Origin: Octopus bimaculoides
Lineage: Eukaryota
Length of the DNA: 63,132 bases
NCBI RefSeq assembly: GCF_001194135.2
Contig: NC_068982.1
Coordinates: 142,179,666 to 142,242,797, forward strand
Direction of reading: 5' to 3'
Shown here: positions 41,308 through 53,424 of the stretch, in pieces
Numbering within the stretch: the first letter of the stretch is position 1
Layout of the letters: each line of letters opens with the position of its first letter
The notes under the pieces: generated by a model
What the model saw: the letters and a program-made list of their open reading frames with translations, nothing else
What the model was told of the DNA's origin: nothing
The model's database searches: none
Translations under genes and position numbers: made by a program

Positions 41308-42149
41308 GTATAAATACATATCTACACACACACACACACACATATATTCAATACCATATACCCACACACAAACAAAGACACACAACACTCTACAGGTGTA
41401 TATTTATGTGTGCTAGTGTTTACATACATATATAAATATATGGAGAGAGAGAGAGAGACAACTGGTGAGGTTGAGAAGGGTAGACAGATGGGTTGATGCA
41501 TACATAGATATGCAGGTATATATATATATATATATNNNNNNNNNNNNNNNNNNNNNNNNNNNNNNNNNNNNNNNNNNNNNNNNNNNNNNNNNNNNNNNNN
41601 NNNNNNNNNNNNNNNNNNNNNNNNNNNNNNNNNNNNNNNNNNNNNNNNNNNNNNNNNNNNNNNNNNNNNNNNNNNNNNNNNNNNNNNNNNNNNNNNNNNN
41701 NNNNNNNNNNNNNNNNNNNNNNNNNNNNNNNNNNNNNNNNNNNNNNNNNNNNNNNNNNNNNNNNNNNNNNNNNNNNNNNNNNNNNNNNNNNNNNNNNNNN
41801 NNNNNNNNNNNNNNNNNNNNNNNNNNNNNNNNNNNNNNNNNNNNNNNNNNNNNNNNNNNNNNNNNNNNNNNNNNNNNNNNNNNNNNNNNNNNNNNNNNNN
41901 NNNNNNNNNNNNNNNNNNNNNNNNNNNNNNNNNNNNNNNNNNNNNNNNNNNNNNNNNNNNNNNNNNNNNNNNNNNNNNNNNNNNNNNNNNNNNNNNNNNN
42001 NNNNNNNNNNNNNNNNNNNNNNNNNNNNNNNNNNNNNNNNNNNNNNNNNNNNNNNNNNNNNNNNNNNNNNNNNNNNNNNNNNNNNNNNNNNNNNNNNNNN
42101 NNNNNNNNNNNNNNNNNNTATATATATATATATATATATGCACACACAC

Positions 42150-42491
42150 ACAGGGATAAATGTCTACCAAAGGGAATGTGTGCTCAACACTGCATTCGTG
42201 GATAGAGGTCCTTTACATCTCTATTAAGCCTTAATACACAAATAAGGCATAGGCAACCTTAGAGATCTACATGGTGCTGATGCGGAAGTTTTCAAGGAAC
42301 GCCTGGACAGGTTTCTGTCTGAGATACCAGATGAACCCACATCGCGGCAGGAGACGCAAAGAAAAGTAGCTCCGTCCAACTTGCTACTTCCCCAAAAGCA
42401 ATATCGGAAACAACACCGAGTAACTATGGTTGCTGCACCAACATGACCTCAACCCTGAGCTGAAGCCAGTAAAAGATAAAAGATGAAAGAT
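42150..42491 (+). pseudogene. CR1/L2-type LINE 3' end (ORF2 C-terminus, 3' UTR, tail)
   Basis: 42258-42446 reads LRDLHGADAEVFKERLDRFLSEIPDEPTSRQETQRKVAPSNLLLPQ..., matching the CR1-type FKxxLDxFLxxIPDEP...SNSL C-terminus; followed by an (AAAGAT)-like tail. Confidence 0.8.
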
Positions 42492-42511
42492 ATGCACATA
42501 CATACACATTC

Positions 42512-42811
42512 ACATTCATGCAGTGAAGGTGCGTGCCAAGGTAGTTAGGATATTCAGCTCCAATGGTGAGGTCTTGAGTTTGATTCTCTCTGGTGCATTT
42601 TGTCGTTGAGGAAGACACGTTAGTTCAGTCTGATTCAGTTCACTCAGTTAGCAAAAATGTAGTGTATGTAACTCAAAAGGTCCAGCTTTGTCACATTCCG
42701 TGTCACATCTGGGCCATGCTAAAATCTACGTTATGTGTACGCGTTAATTTCATGAGCAAACCGCTTCGCTGATCAGATCAGCTAGAACCCTCGTCAAGCG
42801 ATGGGGTGCCA
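42512..42811 (+). mobile_element. tRNA-CORE SINE family D, near full length
   Basis: Head gaaggtgcgtgccaaggtagttaggatattcagctc...gagtttgattc; body cactcagttagcaaaaatg...aaaggtccagctttgtcaca...gctgatcagatcagctagaaccctcgtc...gtgcc; (tacA)n after it. Confidence 0.8.
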
Positions 42812-43550
42812 GTACATACATACATACATACATACATACATACACGCATGATTGCACAATACAATCGTACACACACAAAGAGGTACGCATGAGCGCAGGC
42901 ACCTACACACAAATGCACACAACCATACGCGCATATATGTAGATAACACGGATTCAAAGAATAAAGCACATCTCGCATTAACCTCTCTGTCATGTACATA
43001 GTTACAATGATTACCGTGATTGAAGTTAAGATAAACATGCGCATCGTTCTGAAACGACAGAAAGTACGATGTTGGAGGGAATTGAATAGATAAGAGAAGC
43101 GAGTTGAGAAAATAGATGTTTATTCCATTCGTTTGGAGCTGTTTCATAATCTTATTAGTTATACGATGGATATTACGAATCAACATTTTCACCCATACAA
43201 TATATATGGATAAAAAGTGTAGATGGCATACGAGTGGGTATATACTTATAACAGAAAGAAGTTTGAAAACGCCATTATATACGATAAATTTTAATTTTCT
43301 CAGAGATATTTTACATGTTTCGGTTCCTGAAAAAGCGAACCTTACCAAAAATCCATATTTCTTTTTTTAAATGTAATTAAAAGAAAAGTTCANNNNNNNN
43401 NNNNNNNNNNNNNNNNNNNNNNNNNNNNNNNNNNNNNNNNNNNNNNNNNNNNNNNNNNNNNNNNNNNNNNNNNNNNNNNNNNNNNNNNNNNNNNNNNNNN
43501 NNNNNNNNNNNNNNNNNNNNNNNNNNNNATATATATATATATATATATAC

Positions 43551-43653
43551 AGGCATAGCGTAGCTATGTGGAAAGAAGCTTGCTTCCCAAGGAGATTATT
43601 GCGGGTTCAGTCCCATAACGTGACACATTGGGCAAGTGTCTTCTACTATAGCC
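43551..43653 (+). mobile_element. SINE family B, 5' part (tRNA head + CORE-like)
   Basis: aggcatagcgtagctatgtggaaagaagcttgcttccc...gggttcagtcccataacgtgacacattgggcaagtgtcttctactatagcc. Confidence 0.85.
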
Positions 43654-43754
43654 AATACTGGCTTCAAAGATAGATTGATATATAATCACTCTAATAACAA
43701 TCAAAATATTGATAATAGATCTAGTGGTAGCAATGATAAAGTAGTATATAACCA

Positions 43755-44690
43755 CGATTATTTGATTCGCTGCTCCCTTTTCCCTTAATATAAAAACTAA
43801 CAATGGCAAAAGATTTCCTATTACTCCTAGACAATTACTTTCCCGACACTCACAGATGCAGGAAAATATTTAACAGGCGTTCTAAGAAATTATCATAGAA
43901 CTGCTGCCTCAATAGGAAGAGTATCACTACACGTGCTCAATACCAAGTGCCTGAATCCAGTTGTAATTGTCGCGACCCAGAATCCTGTCCACTTGACCAA
44001 CGATATATTACTAAATCTATCATAATTGAGGCAAAAGTTACTGCGACCCTAAATAATAATACAGCTGATAAGAATACCTATTTCGGATTATGTGAAGGTG
44101 AATTTTAAAATCGTCATGCCAATCCGACATAGGGACAAAATTAAAGCTACTAAGTTGGCGAGCTACTTGTGGACTTTGAAAGATAACGAAACACCCCATG
44201 TGATTAAATGGAAAGTAATTGAGAAATCTATACTTTATTGGATTGGATGGAATAAATGTAGACTTTGTTTGACTGATAGAGCGCAGATCCTGTTCAGATT
44301 TAAGATCCCTAACTCTCTATTGAACTCCAGGTCAGAACGTTTCAGTGGTTGCAAGCTTTTGTACAAATATAGTTTGAAGAATTGGAAATTCCGCCTATTC
44401 CTGACTGACTTGATATCTTTCCGGCCTTATCATTTAAGGTCTAAGGAGGATAGCTCTTTTACCGTTTAAATTTTTTTTTTTACGTTTTTGTTTCTGTTTT
44501 CGTTTTCTGTGGTTTACTGTCTGCGTTTTCTGTATGTTGCCTTCTCAGATTTTTCATGTTTCTTCTGTTATTCAATTTCTTTAGTTCGTTATGATATGTG
44601 GTTTGCGCCTGAAGAATATGTTCGAGTTTTCCCAACATATGAAACTATTAGTAGCACTTTAATGTATGTTAGAGCTTTAAATATGTAATA
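43755..44690 (+). pseudogene. Penelope-like element 3' fragment: GIY-YIG endonuclease region plus 3' UTR
   Basis: Three frames joined: II*FAAPFSLNIKTNNGKRF / LLLLDNYFPDTHRCRKIFNR..LS*NC..CNCRDPESCPLD..ITKSII..KVT..YFGLCEGEF*NRHAN / KATKLASYLWTLKD..IKWKVIEK..KCRLCLTDR..LLNSRSERFSGC. This is the PLE pattern WFNPP..IGKxF..CNC..CPL..YxGxxE..FKxR..H..CxLCxxE..LNxRSE. Confidence 0.9.
44605..44657 (+). ncRNA. Minimal type-I hammerhead ribozyme, intact core, in PLE 3' UTR
   Basis: GCGC-CTGAAGA-ATATG-(15 nt)-CATAT-GAAAC-TATTA-GTA-GCAC. Stem II is 5 perfect bp, stem III is ACT/AGT around ATT, stem I pairs 3/4; predicted cleavage after 44653. Confidence 0.75.
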
Positions 44691-44740
44691 TTTATCTCTC
44701 ACCAGATGGAGCATATTTTTTGTTGAAATTTCTATTACAT

Positions 44741-44792
<52 letters not shown>

Positions 44793-44796
<4 letters not shown>

Positions 44797-44968
44797 TTTG
44801 TGTTTGTCCCCCCTACATGTTGGTGTGTTTACGTCCCCGGTAGAGACCGATGTAATAAGTACTGAGCTTGGAAACAATAAGTCCTGGGCTAGATTTATTC
44901 GACTAAAGGCGGTGCTCCGACATGACCGCTGTCAAATGACAGAAACAAGTAAAAGTATAAAAGAATAA
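44793..44968 (+). mobile_element. SINE family B, 3' half after a (TG)n tract
   Basis: tttgtccccc...gttggtgtgtttacgtcccc...aataagtactgagc...ttcgactaaaggcggtgctcc...gtcaaatgacagaaacaagtaaaag. Confidence 0.85.
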
Positions 44969-45087
44969 AATAATATATATATGTACACATACATATATAC
45001 ACATACACATGCACACACACAGTCATACACACACTCACACAGATTAGAAAATGTGTGAAATCCTTGGTAGAGTTAGGTATATTTAAA

Positions 45088-45494
45088 AAGGAAAAGAATG
45101 ATTTCACTGATAGTTCTAATCAATTTAATTTTTCAACAATATAATTTTATAGTATGGTTTGTAGATCTGGTACGTTTTATGTTAACTTGGGTGAAGAGAT
45201 TTTTTAAAGATTCCTTGTTAACTTTTCTGGGGAAATGTCTTGCATTCGTCGGTGGCGATAGTCAAAGTGACCTCAGGTTGTGTTGTGCTGTGTGATTCTA
45301 TATCTCACACAGTACAGCACAACCTGAAATGAGTTAGATAATTGTCAACGACAAATGCGAGAAAGTTCTCCAGAAATGTTAACAAGGAATGTTTAAAAAA
45401 TCTTCCACCGAAGTTAGATCTACAAGCCAAATTGTAAAATTATATTATTAAAAAATTAATTTGATTAGAACTATCAGTGAAGTCATTTTTCCTT
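45088..45494. repeat. ~400-bp imperfect fold-back (inverted repeat) centred at 45300
   Basis: Arms align end to end (e.g. ttcactgatagttctaatc / gattagaactatcagtgaa; ttccttgttaac / gttaacaaggaa). The left arm has a ~15-nt insertion. The central 23-bp stem is 45273-45295/45305-45327 with a 9-nt loop. Confidence 0.9.
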
Positions 45495-45499
45495 TCTAT

Positions 45500-45545
45500 T
45501 TATCTATCTATCTGTCAGTCTGTTTGTGTCTGTCTATCTAATTAT

Positions 45546-45613
<68 letters not shown>

Positions 45614-45614
45614 A

Positions 45615-45655
<41 letters not shown>

Positions 45656-45705
45656 GTCTATCTATCTATCTGTCTGTCTATCTATCTATCTATCTATCTA
45701 TCTAT
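45500..45705. repeat. (TCTA)n microsatellite running into a gap
   Basis: Direct reading. Confidence 0.95.
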
Positions 45706-46122
45706 NNNNNNNNNNNNNNNNNNNNNNNNNNNNNNNNNNNNNNNNNNNNNNNNNNNNNNNNNNNNNNNNNNNNNNNNNNNNNNNNNNNNNNNNNNNNNNN
45801 NNNNNNNNNNNNNNNNNNNNNNNNNNNNNNNNNNNNNNNNNNNNNNNNNNNNNNNNNNNNNNNNNNNNNNNNNNNNNNNNNNNNNNNNNNNNNNNNNNNN
45901 NNNNNNNNNNNNNNNNNNNNNNNNNNNNNNNNNNNNNNNNNNNNNNNNNNNNNNNNNNNNNNNNNNNNNNNNNNNNNNNNNNNNNNNNNNNNNNNNNNNN
46001 NNNNNNNNNNNNNNNNNNNNNNNNNNNNNNNNNNNNNNNNNNNNNNNNNNNNNNNNNNNNNNNNNNNNNNNNNNNNNNNNNNNNNNNNNNNNNNNNNNNN
46101 NNNNNNNNNNNNNNNNNNNNNN

Positions 46123-46326
46123 ACATTTCGTACAAGATCCATTTATTCATGTAGTGAGAACACCACAGAATGTACAATGAAAATGTGCTCCTCAGCTGCA
46201 TAATGGAATTTCATTTTAGAAAGTCATTTTGAAGATGAAATTCCATTATGCAGCTGAGGAGTACATTTTCATTGTACATTCTGTGGTGTTCTCACTACAT
46301 GAATAAATGGAGCTTGTACGAAACGT
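46123..46326. repeat. Near-perfect 89-bp-arm hairpin
   Basis: 46126-46214 pairs with 46235-46323, with one A.G mismatch (46137/46312) and one G.T (46187/46262). Loop 20 nt; pairing continues to the gap edge. Confidence 0.95.
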
Positions 46327-46465
46327 ACGTGCTGCTATAACCTATTGAATTGATGTTCCTTATCTTCAAATTGTATTCACCAAATTTCTTGATTTTGTTT
46401 TTGGTTTTCATCCTACCAAATTCTGGTGCCTCAAACATTTTAAGTACCACATTTAATCTTTTGAT

Positions 46466-46510
<45 letters not shown>

Positions 46511-47532
46511 ACACACACACACACCTATATACATATATAGGTGTGTGTATATACATAAATATACATGCATGTGCTCATGCATTATATGCCATTTGCATTT
46601 TGGTATGCGCACATGCGTCTCTATCTATTCAGCACTATAATAAACTGCAAGAACAATGAAGCAAGCACATATCCTACATTGTAGTAAGCATGTAATAAAG
46701 TGGGATGCGCATAGACACAATAAAAGCAAAATTTGCAGACACTCATATACTTTTACAATACATCTTAACCCTGAACTATTTTAATCAAGAAATTGAATTA
46801 TGTAGAAGCATGCATATATTCTTTGAAAGACGCATATCAAAAAACGTTCACAGAGTGAGCAAACAAGCACAGAAATTGGCATACATTGCCGGAAAACTAC
46901 TGATTGCTAAGAACTGGCTTAAACAATATAAACTGAAACTGAAGAAGTCACTCAAATATACATTTACGCTTACACAGATACATAGGAACTGAGGCATGCT
47001 GACTTGGTCCATAAAGTCAATAGCATAAGCATTGATCTTTTATTATAAACGTTGATGTCTGTTGAAATATATGTAATTGAATCCAGGAATGCAGTATAAT
47101 AGTAAGGTTAGTCTTAAAGTATTTACCGCCTGGAGGAAATATATACCGAGGAAAATAAATATTAGTTTATGCCTAGTATTATTTCTATGTTCGCCAGCAA
47201 ATCTGGAAAACGAATCCGAGCATTCTGATCTCATCTACTACGAAGCTCTTTCAACTTACTTTAATTCAAATTTTAATCTCAACAAAGAAGTAGCAGCGAA
47301 AGTACATTAAAATCTGAAGGCATAAGACATCAGAGAAAATATCTTGCCGATAGTTAGAAAAAATTTAACTTGTCCAGCAATTAAACATGCCAATATACAA
47401 GCTCTCTTAAATATAATATAATTTGCATGTATTTAAAAAAAAAATTGAATCTGAGAAAAATATGGGATTTAGTAAATAAGTAAAGATTTTCATACAGACA
47501 TTCGAAACCATTTTGTTCTAAATTTTAGTTTC

Positions 47533-47570
<38 letters not shown>

Positions 47571-47784
47571 ATTTTGTTTCTTAACCGTAGCTAGTAATAC
47601 TCATAGGATGTTGGTGAATGCTGGCGAAAAAATCGTTGGAGTGTTTGTCATCGACCATATTGATCCAAAACTTACATCGATTTCCGTTTATTGAGTGGCT
47701 TATATAACGTATACATATGTGTTTATATGTGAGTGGGTGCCTGTGTTCCTCTCTGTGTGTGTTTGTGTTTGTGTGTGTGTCTCA

Positions 47785-47880
47785 ACACATAGGAAAGTGG
47801 GTTTGATTCCTAGACTATGTCATTGGTCAAGACACTTCCTTGTAGAGCATTCTAATCTACTCAGCTGTACTAAGTGCCAT
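47785..47880 (+). mobile_element. Diverged tRNA-CORE SINE remnant
   Basis: gtgggtttgattcctagac...ttggtcaagacactt...ctactcagctgtactaagtgcc. Confidence 0.45.
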
Positions 47881-48314
47881 CTTAGAAGTATTTATCCCTC
47901 TCATATTCATCTTGTCCCATTCTACACGTTCTGGTCGGGAACAGGCGGGAAAGAGAGTATCTATGCCTGTTTGCATAATCGCCTAATGTAACTAACAACA
48001 TTAGACACTTAACTATCTTAAGACACCTAACTATCTTAAGGCACCTAATGTAAATAACTGAAGCGTTGAGCAACCTTTGAGGTCAGTAGGTCATATTTTC
48101 GTGCAATCTATTGCTCATTTTGGTGTATATTAATGTGTATACATTTATAATAAGTACGTGTGCCTATATTTGTATGTATGTGTGTATGTTCGTTTGACGG
48201 ATTTCTGTGCAGTTCTTGTAGAACATATTACACTAACACTTTAACAAAAAGAAACTATTTCAAGTTATGTAACACTTAATTTGTACGGGCATACAGACAG
48301 ACAGACAGACAGAC

Positions 48315-48382
<68 letters not shown>

Positions 48383-49448
48383 CCAACATAGGTGAAATCA
48401 GCGAAGAACTAGTGATAGATACATATCAGTTTAACACATACTGAAATAGCTACAAATAATATCAAGCTTTTACAAATAACCAGATTTACAAAACACGCCA
48501 TGTATCTCCGAGCAATAATTCAGGCGTTGATTAGGTGTTAGATATATATTGCAAACCAGGACGCTTGACAGGGAGAAAATGAGTCCATGTTTCAATCGGA
48601 ATTTTCTGATGGTAAGTTGGATTGTAAATTACCGTTATAGCGTTAATATTTCTGTATCATCAATAGTAGTCTCTTCCGACTTATGTTATGATAGAGTAAA
48701 GGTTGGTTTTTGTGTCATGTTCCTCTTGTTATAACAAAATAAAGTACAGAGCTGTTATTTGCTGGAGGGTAAGTTTGGTTTAAGTAATTGTAAGTGAGGT
48801 CACTCTATTCTGTATTTCTTTTGTATTGGTATTCATGAAAATGTATTTCTAGAAAACATATTTACCTAATATATATTCGATGCAAAGCAAAACTTGAGAA
48901 GAATTATAGAATGAAAAAATGCTAATTAAAATTACAAGCTAAAGTGATGGTCCATATCAGGAATAATAATATGGACTGTATAATTTTAATGAAATATAAA
49001 TAATAATACACAATAAAGGATAATATAGATGTTCTTTGTGGGAAATAATGTATTTGCATATTCATTTTCCCCTCTCCAGAAGCTTGAGATTTTAATGTGA
49101 TTGAAATGAGCTACGTTACAATGTAAGTGTGATCGAAGGAAGCATTTTGGAAAGAATTATCTTTTCTTTTACGGAAGTAGAATTTAATGTTTTTAAATAC
49201 ATTTTATGTAAAAAAGGGAATAATCATTTTGAATGTTTATTTTATGTTTCTGCGGATATAAGTTTCCATATCTTGCGGGCGTGCAAATATTGCATGGATT
49301 CAGCATCTAATGTGGCATTGTTCTTTCTACTATATTTCGTTGTTTTTAAAATTCATATATACACTGAGAAAAAAACTTTTCTTCAATTATTAATCAATGG
49401 CATATATGGACATACTGGTTATAGCGCGCTAATAAGTCTCCTTTTTTT

Positions 49449-49555
49449 ACTCGTGTTTAAACGTTGCTTTTTGCCATACATTCCAATACAGTAAATTACA
49501 GTCCAATACAATAAAAGCAACTCGTGTTTAAGCGTTGCTTTTATTGTACTGGACT
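49449..49555. repeat. 22-bp hairpin overlapping a 23-bp direct repeat
   Basis: Stem 49500-49521/49534-49555 (1 mismatch, 12-nt loop); actcgtgtttaa[a/g]cgttgctttt at 49449-49471 and 49520-49542. Confidence 0.85.
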
Positions 49556-51371
49556 CTATTCCCGTTTCTCTTGTTAGAATTGCATATCTGATAAGTATTT
49601 TGATGTTAGCGGAATTCGTATGTGATGATATTAAAATATCTTCATAATTACGTGCTGCATTTTGTTATTTGTCTGGATAAAACTGTTAATAGCTGAAAGT
49701 AAAAATATATATATGAAAATGGTTACTGTTATAGTATGATTCTTTCCAAAGAAGTAAAGCAGAACTTTTCTCTTGTAATTCATAATTTGAAAAATAAAAT
49801 AACTTAACGTGGGAGTCCATCATCTTGATGAATATCTCTTTGTATCATCTGGAACTCAATCTTATAATTTGAGTGTAGGTTCATAGCTAAAAAATTACCT
49901 GAATCGTGTGATCTCAAACGAGCATAAAATTCACGTCGGTTTTCCAATCTATATTATAGATACCATTTTGGAACTAGAGTTAATAGTTCATCTTACTTCT
50001 CTTTTAAACTATATAATTTACCATTCTTCAGAGATTTCTGTAAATATATATTCAGTAACAGATTTTATATCATGCTCCCCCCCCCCATACGTTATGAAAT
50101 CAGAATGATTCAGAATGATTATACACTTTTGTTTTTTTTTTATATAGAATTTATTCAAAATCCCATTAAATTCTGCTACTTTAATAGCGAATATAATCAT
50201 TTCCCAAATTCTTCTTTCGATCTTCATGAATATGGGACTGTAGCAATTTGAATTACTTCTTTCTGTAGATTAACTTACACTGTTTAAGTACTGTGTGATT
50301 ATTCCGAAGTTACTTGTTTGAGTTTGAAGATTATCTTATCTACGTTCCAAATAATTGTTACCTATGTCCGTTTTAATTGGATTAATTATGCAAATTGAAT
50401 CTGACGGCAGTTTGATATAATATTTAAATACGATATACAATGAATTCAGTATGAGATGTTCCAATCGGTCAGTAAAATCTAATTCTGTTGTTCTTTAAAA
50501 TATTTATATGTTTATTCTGTTAAGTATGTTTCATTCTACCTTTCCTACATATTGGTTATTCAATTAGTTCTGTTTATTGCATAGCTATTTATTGATTACA
50601 TATAAATTTTTAGTCTTGTCGAAATGCATGTATAATTGGTTATAATTTTTCATACCACGCAAAATTTAGTTTAATTTATTCTGAAATCACTATTGGTTTT
50701 TCAAAATTTTATATTTTTAATAAATGAATAAACATTATTCCAAAATTATTATTACAATATTTTATTAGGTGAGCTCGATTTACAGATATCTCCATATTTA
50801 TGCTTGATATTGGAATTGTTTACGTGACTGCTAAAGAAAAGTATGCTCATCAACGTATTCTTCTGATGGAATGTATTTGTCTTCCGTAAAAGTGATTTTA
50901 ATTTAATTAAGTATTGCGTGGTATATAACTTCTAAACAATTTTACACTTAGTCTCAATAAACTTTATTAGAAATTTAAAAACAGCTATACAAAAGACATA
51001 TCGATAATTCAATCACTGATGTTTACAGGAAAATGTAAAATGGAAAACATCGGATTAATTTGACATTCGGTAAGACTATCTATATTAAGTTATAAATATT
51101 GTAAAGCATTTTAACACTCTGAACCTATAGAATACCGGCACAGAAGTTATTTCACCTATCTTTTGGCATTATATGAAAATGCATTTCATTTTTGAATAAC
51201 AAATGAAACTTTTCACCATACTAATTCTCACAAAATACTTGTTTGGAATTATATTGATTTTCCATAAAATGTAATACTTTTTCATTGATATATCTTTTTA
51301 TCATACAACTCATTAACTACTTTACAGCTCGTCATTTCAAATTATTGCCTTTAATACATTTATTACAAATA

Positions 51372-51583
51372 TGGTGGTGAGGTGGTAGAGTAGTCACCGT
51401 GCCGTGCAAAATGCTTAGCAGCGTTTTGTCTTTACGTTCTGTGTTAAAATTCCACCGAGGTGGAATTTGCCTTCCATCATTTCGAGGTCGATGAAATAAG
51501 TATCAGTTAAACTTTCGGGTTGATGTAATTAGCTTATGCCCTTTCCGAAATTAATAGCGTTGAGCTAAAATTTGAAATCAGTA
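51372..51583 (+). mobile_element. SINE family A, full length, diverged
   Basis: ggtggtgaggtggtagag...aaaatgcttagcagcg...ctttacgttctgtgttaaaattccaccgagg...gccttccatcatttcgaggtcgatgaaataagtatcag...aaaatttgaaatc. Confidence 0.85.
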
Positions 51584-51654
51584 TCTATATTGCACATGAA
51601 CTTTAAGAGTGCTTTTAATTTATTAAATATATAATTACATATTATATGAGCATG

Positions 51655-52030
51655 TGCAGGCATGGAAACCTTCTTGAAGAGCTTGCATTGCAGCCACGTG
51701 GTTTTGGCCCAAATTCTACTGCACAGCATTTTGGGCAATTGTTGTCAAATAGAACTTTGCGTCGGCCAATGTCTTGGCAGTAAACTTGGTAACTGGAAAC
51801 GGTGTGGAAGCCCAACGTATATATGTGTGTGTGTATGTCTCTTCTGTGTTCGTTTCTCCTCAGCACCGCTTGAGAATCGATGTAGAAATTTTTACGTCCA
51901 CGTAACATAGCGGTTTGCAAAAATGCCGATGTTATAAGTACCAGGCTTTAGAAAAATAAGTGCCAGAGTCAATTTTATTTGACTAAACACTTCAAGGTGG
52001 TGCTGCAGCATTGCCACAGATATATGACGT
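51655..52030 (+). mobile_element. SINE family B, full length, diverged
   Basis: Head, ttgggcaa CORE-like segment, ggaagcccaacgtatatatgtgtg, tttacgtccacgtaacatagcgg, ataagtaccaggc and ggtggtgctgcagcat occur in the family order. Confidence 0.75.
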
Positions 52031-53357
52031 TACAACTATGTGTATTTAAAATACACCGTGTCATAACGATGACGTCGTCTGTATCTTGAATAATGTCATA
52101 TTTTAATTGACTACATAGGATGCATAGCCTATTCATATTTATATAACATGTTTTTTTATAACGTCTTAAAGTATTAAAACAATGATATATAATTACATTT
52201 TTAGTCAAATTGTAATTAAGATAATAAAAGTCGGAAGGTAAAACGATGATGGGGCACGAGAGGGATGAAATTGTCGTAAAGACGAAAAGATATATCGATG
52301 AAAAGGGTAAAAACCGGGTTCACAAACATTTCTGTGGAACCCTCTGATTTCTATTTTACTGGGGAGGGGGTGCATAGCCTTTCCATGTTCAAAAACTAGC
52401 TTTTTGGAAACTTCTTTCAGAATTGCTGTTGCGTTATTCATACGTAAACTTGTATAGGCTGAACTTCGTAAAATTTTAGGGAAATAAACGTGGCTGTTTC
52501 TTGCGATACATATCAAAACATCTAACGTAAAATATTTATAGGAGTCCTTAAAATGCCCTTGTGGATCCCTAATTTTTACAATTTTGCAACGTGGAACTCG
52601 AAAAAATCTTATTTGGATCCCGGTTCAGAACCATTGAATTAAAACATCTTCGCTAATAGTTATCGCCCAATATTTCGCATTTACGTGCAACATCCTTAAA
52701 ATTAAACGAAATATCATTTATATATTGCTGATGGTAAAAGATCTTTACATACAAAACTGCAACGTCCACATAGATAACGAAAACCAATGACACATATTGA
52801 CAAAATGCATTTTCGTCATTTAAACAATAATATAATGTATTAACATCTATTTGTTATTCAAAGCTACCTGTACGCAGCTATGACTCGTAGAAACTTCACG
52901 GTCCAAATTCATGTGATTACTACAATTCCCATAAAAAAAACACAGCTAATGTCTGGTTCTCATTGCCTCCATTTCCCTGCAGACACACACACAGAGACAC
53001 GGATATATAGATACGTACATAGACAGACATACACATATGTTTATATGTATGCCTATACAGAGATACATATATATATATGTATGATATGTATATATATATA
53101 TACATGTACTCACAAGCAGGCATACGCACGCGCGCACACACATACATACACAAAGGCGTGCACAGGATATTGTCGCATCAAAGGCTATACTAGTGTACAA
53201 TGGCCGAAAAGTTCTTCGCAGTAAAATTGAAAACCTAACCACTCAGATGCAAGGGAAACATTTTGTCCAAAGAATTGAATGATGGTTATAATATAGCTAT
53301 CATAAATATATGAGCCGTAAAGGAGAAATGGAAACTTTGCCAGAGTGAATTCCGATT

Positions 53358-53424
<67 letters not shown>

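Noticed and set aside
43308-43352. Minus-strand hammerhead-like fold (ATTT-TTGGTAA-GGTTC..GAACC-GAAAC-AT-GT-A-AAAT)
   Set aside because: The stems fit, but the catalytic core differs from CUGAUGA at three positions; at best a dead relic, and possibly chance.
48003-48048. 18-bp tandem repeat x2.5
   Set aside because: Ordinary local slippage duplication.
52310-52636. hAT/Charlie-like MITE remnant ending ggttcagaaccattg
   Set aside because: Only one TIR-like end is seen, with no matching left end or 8-bp TSD.
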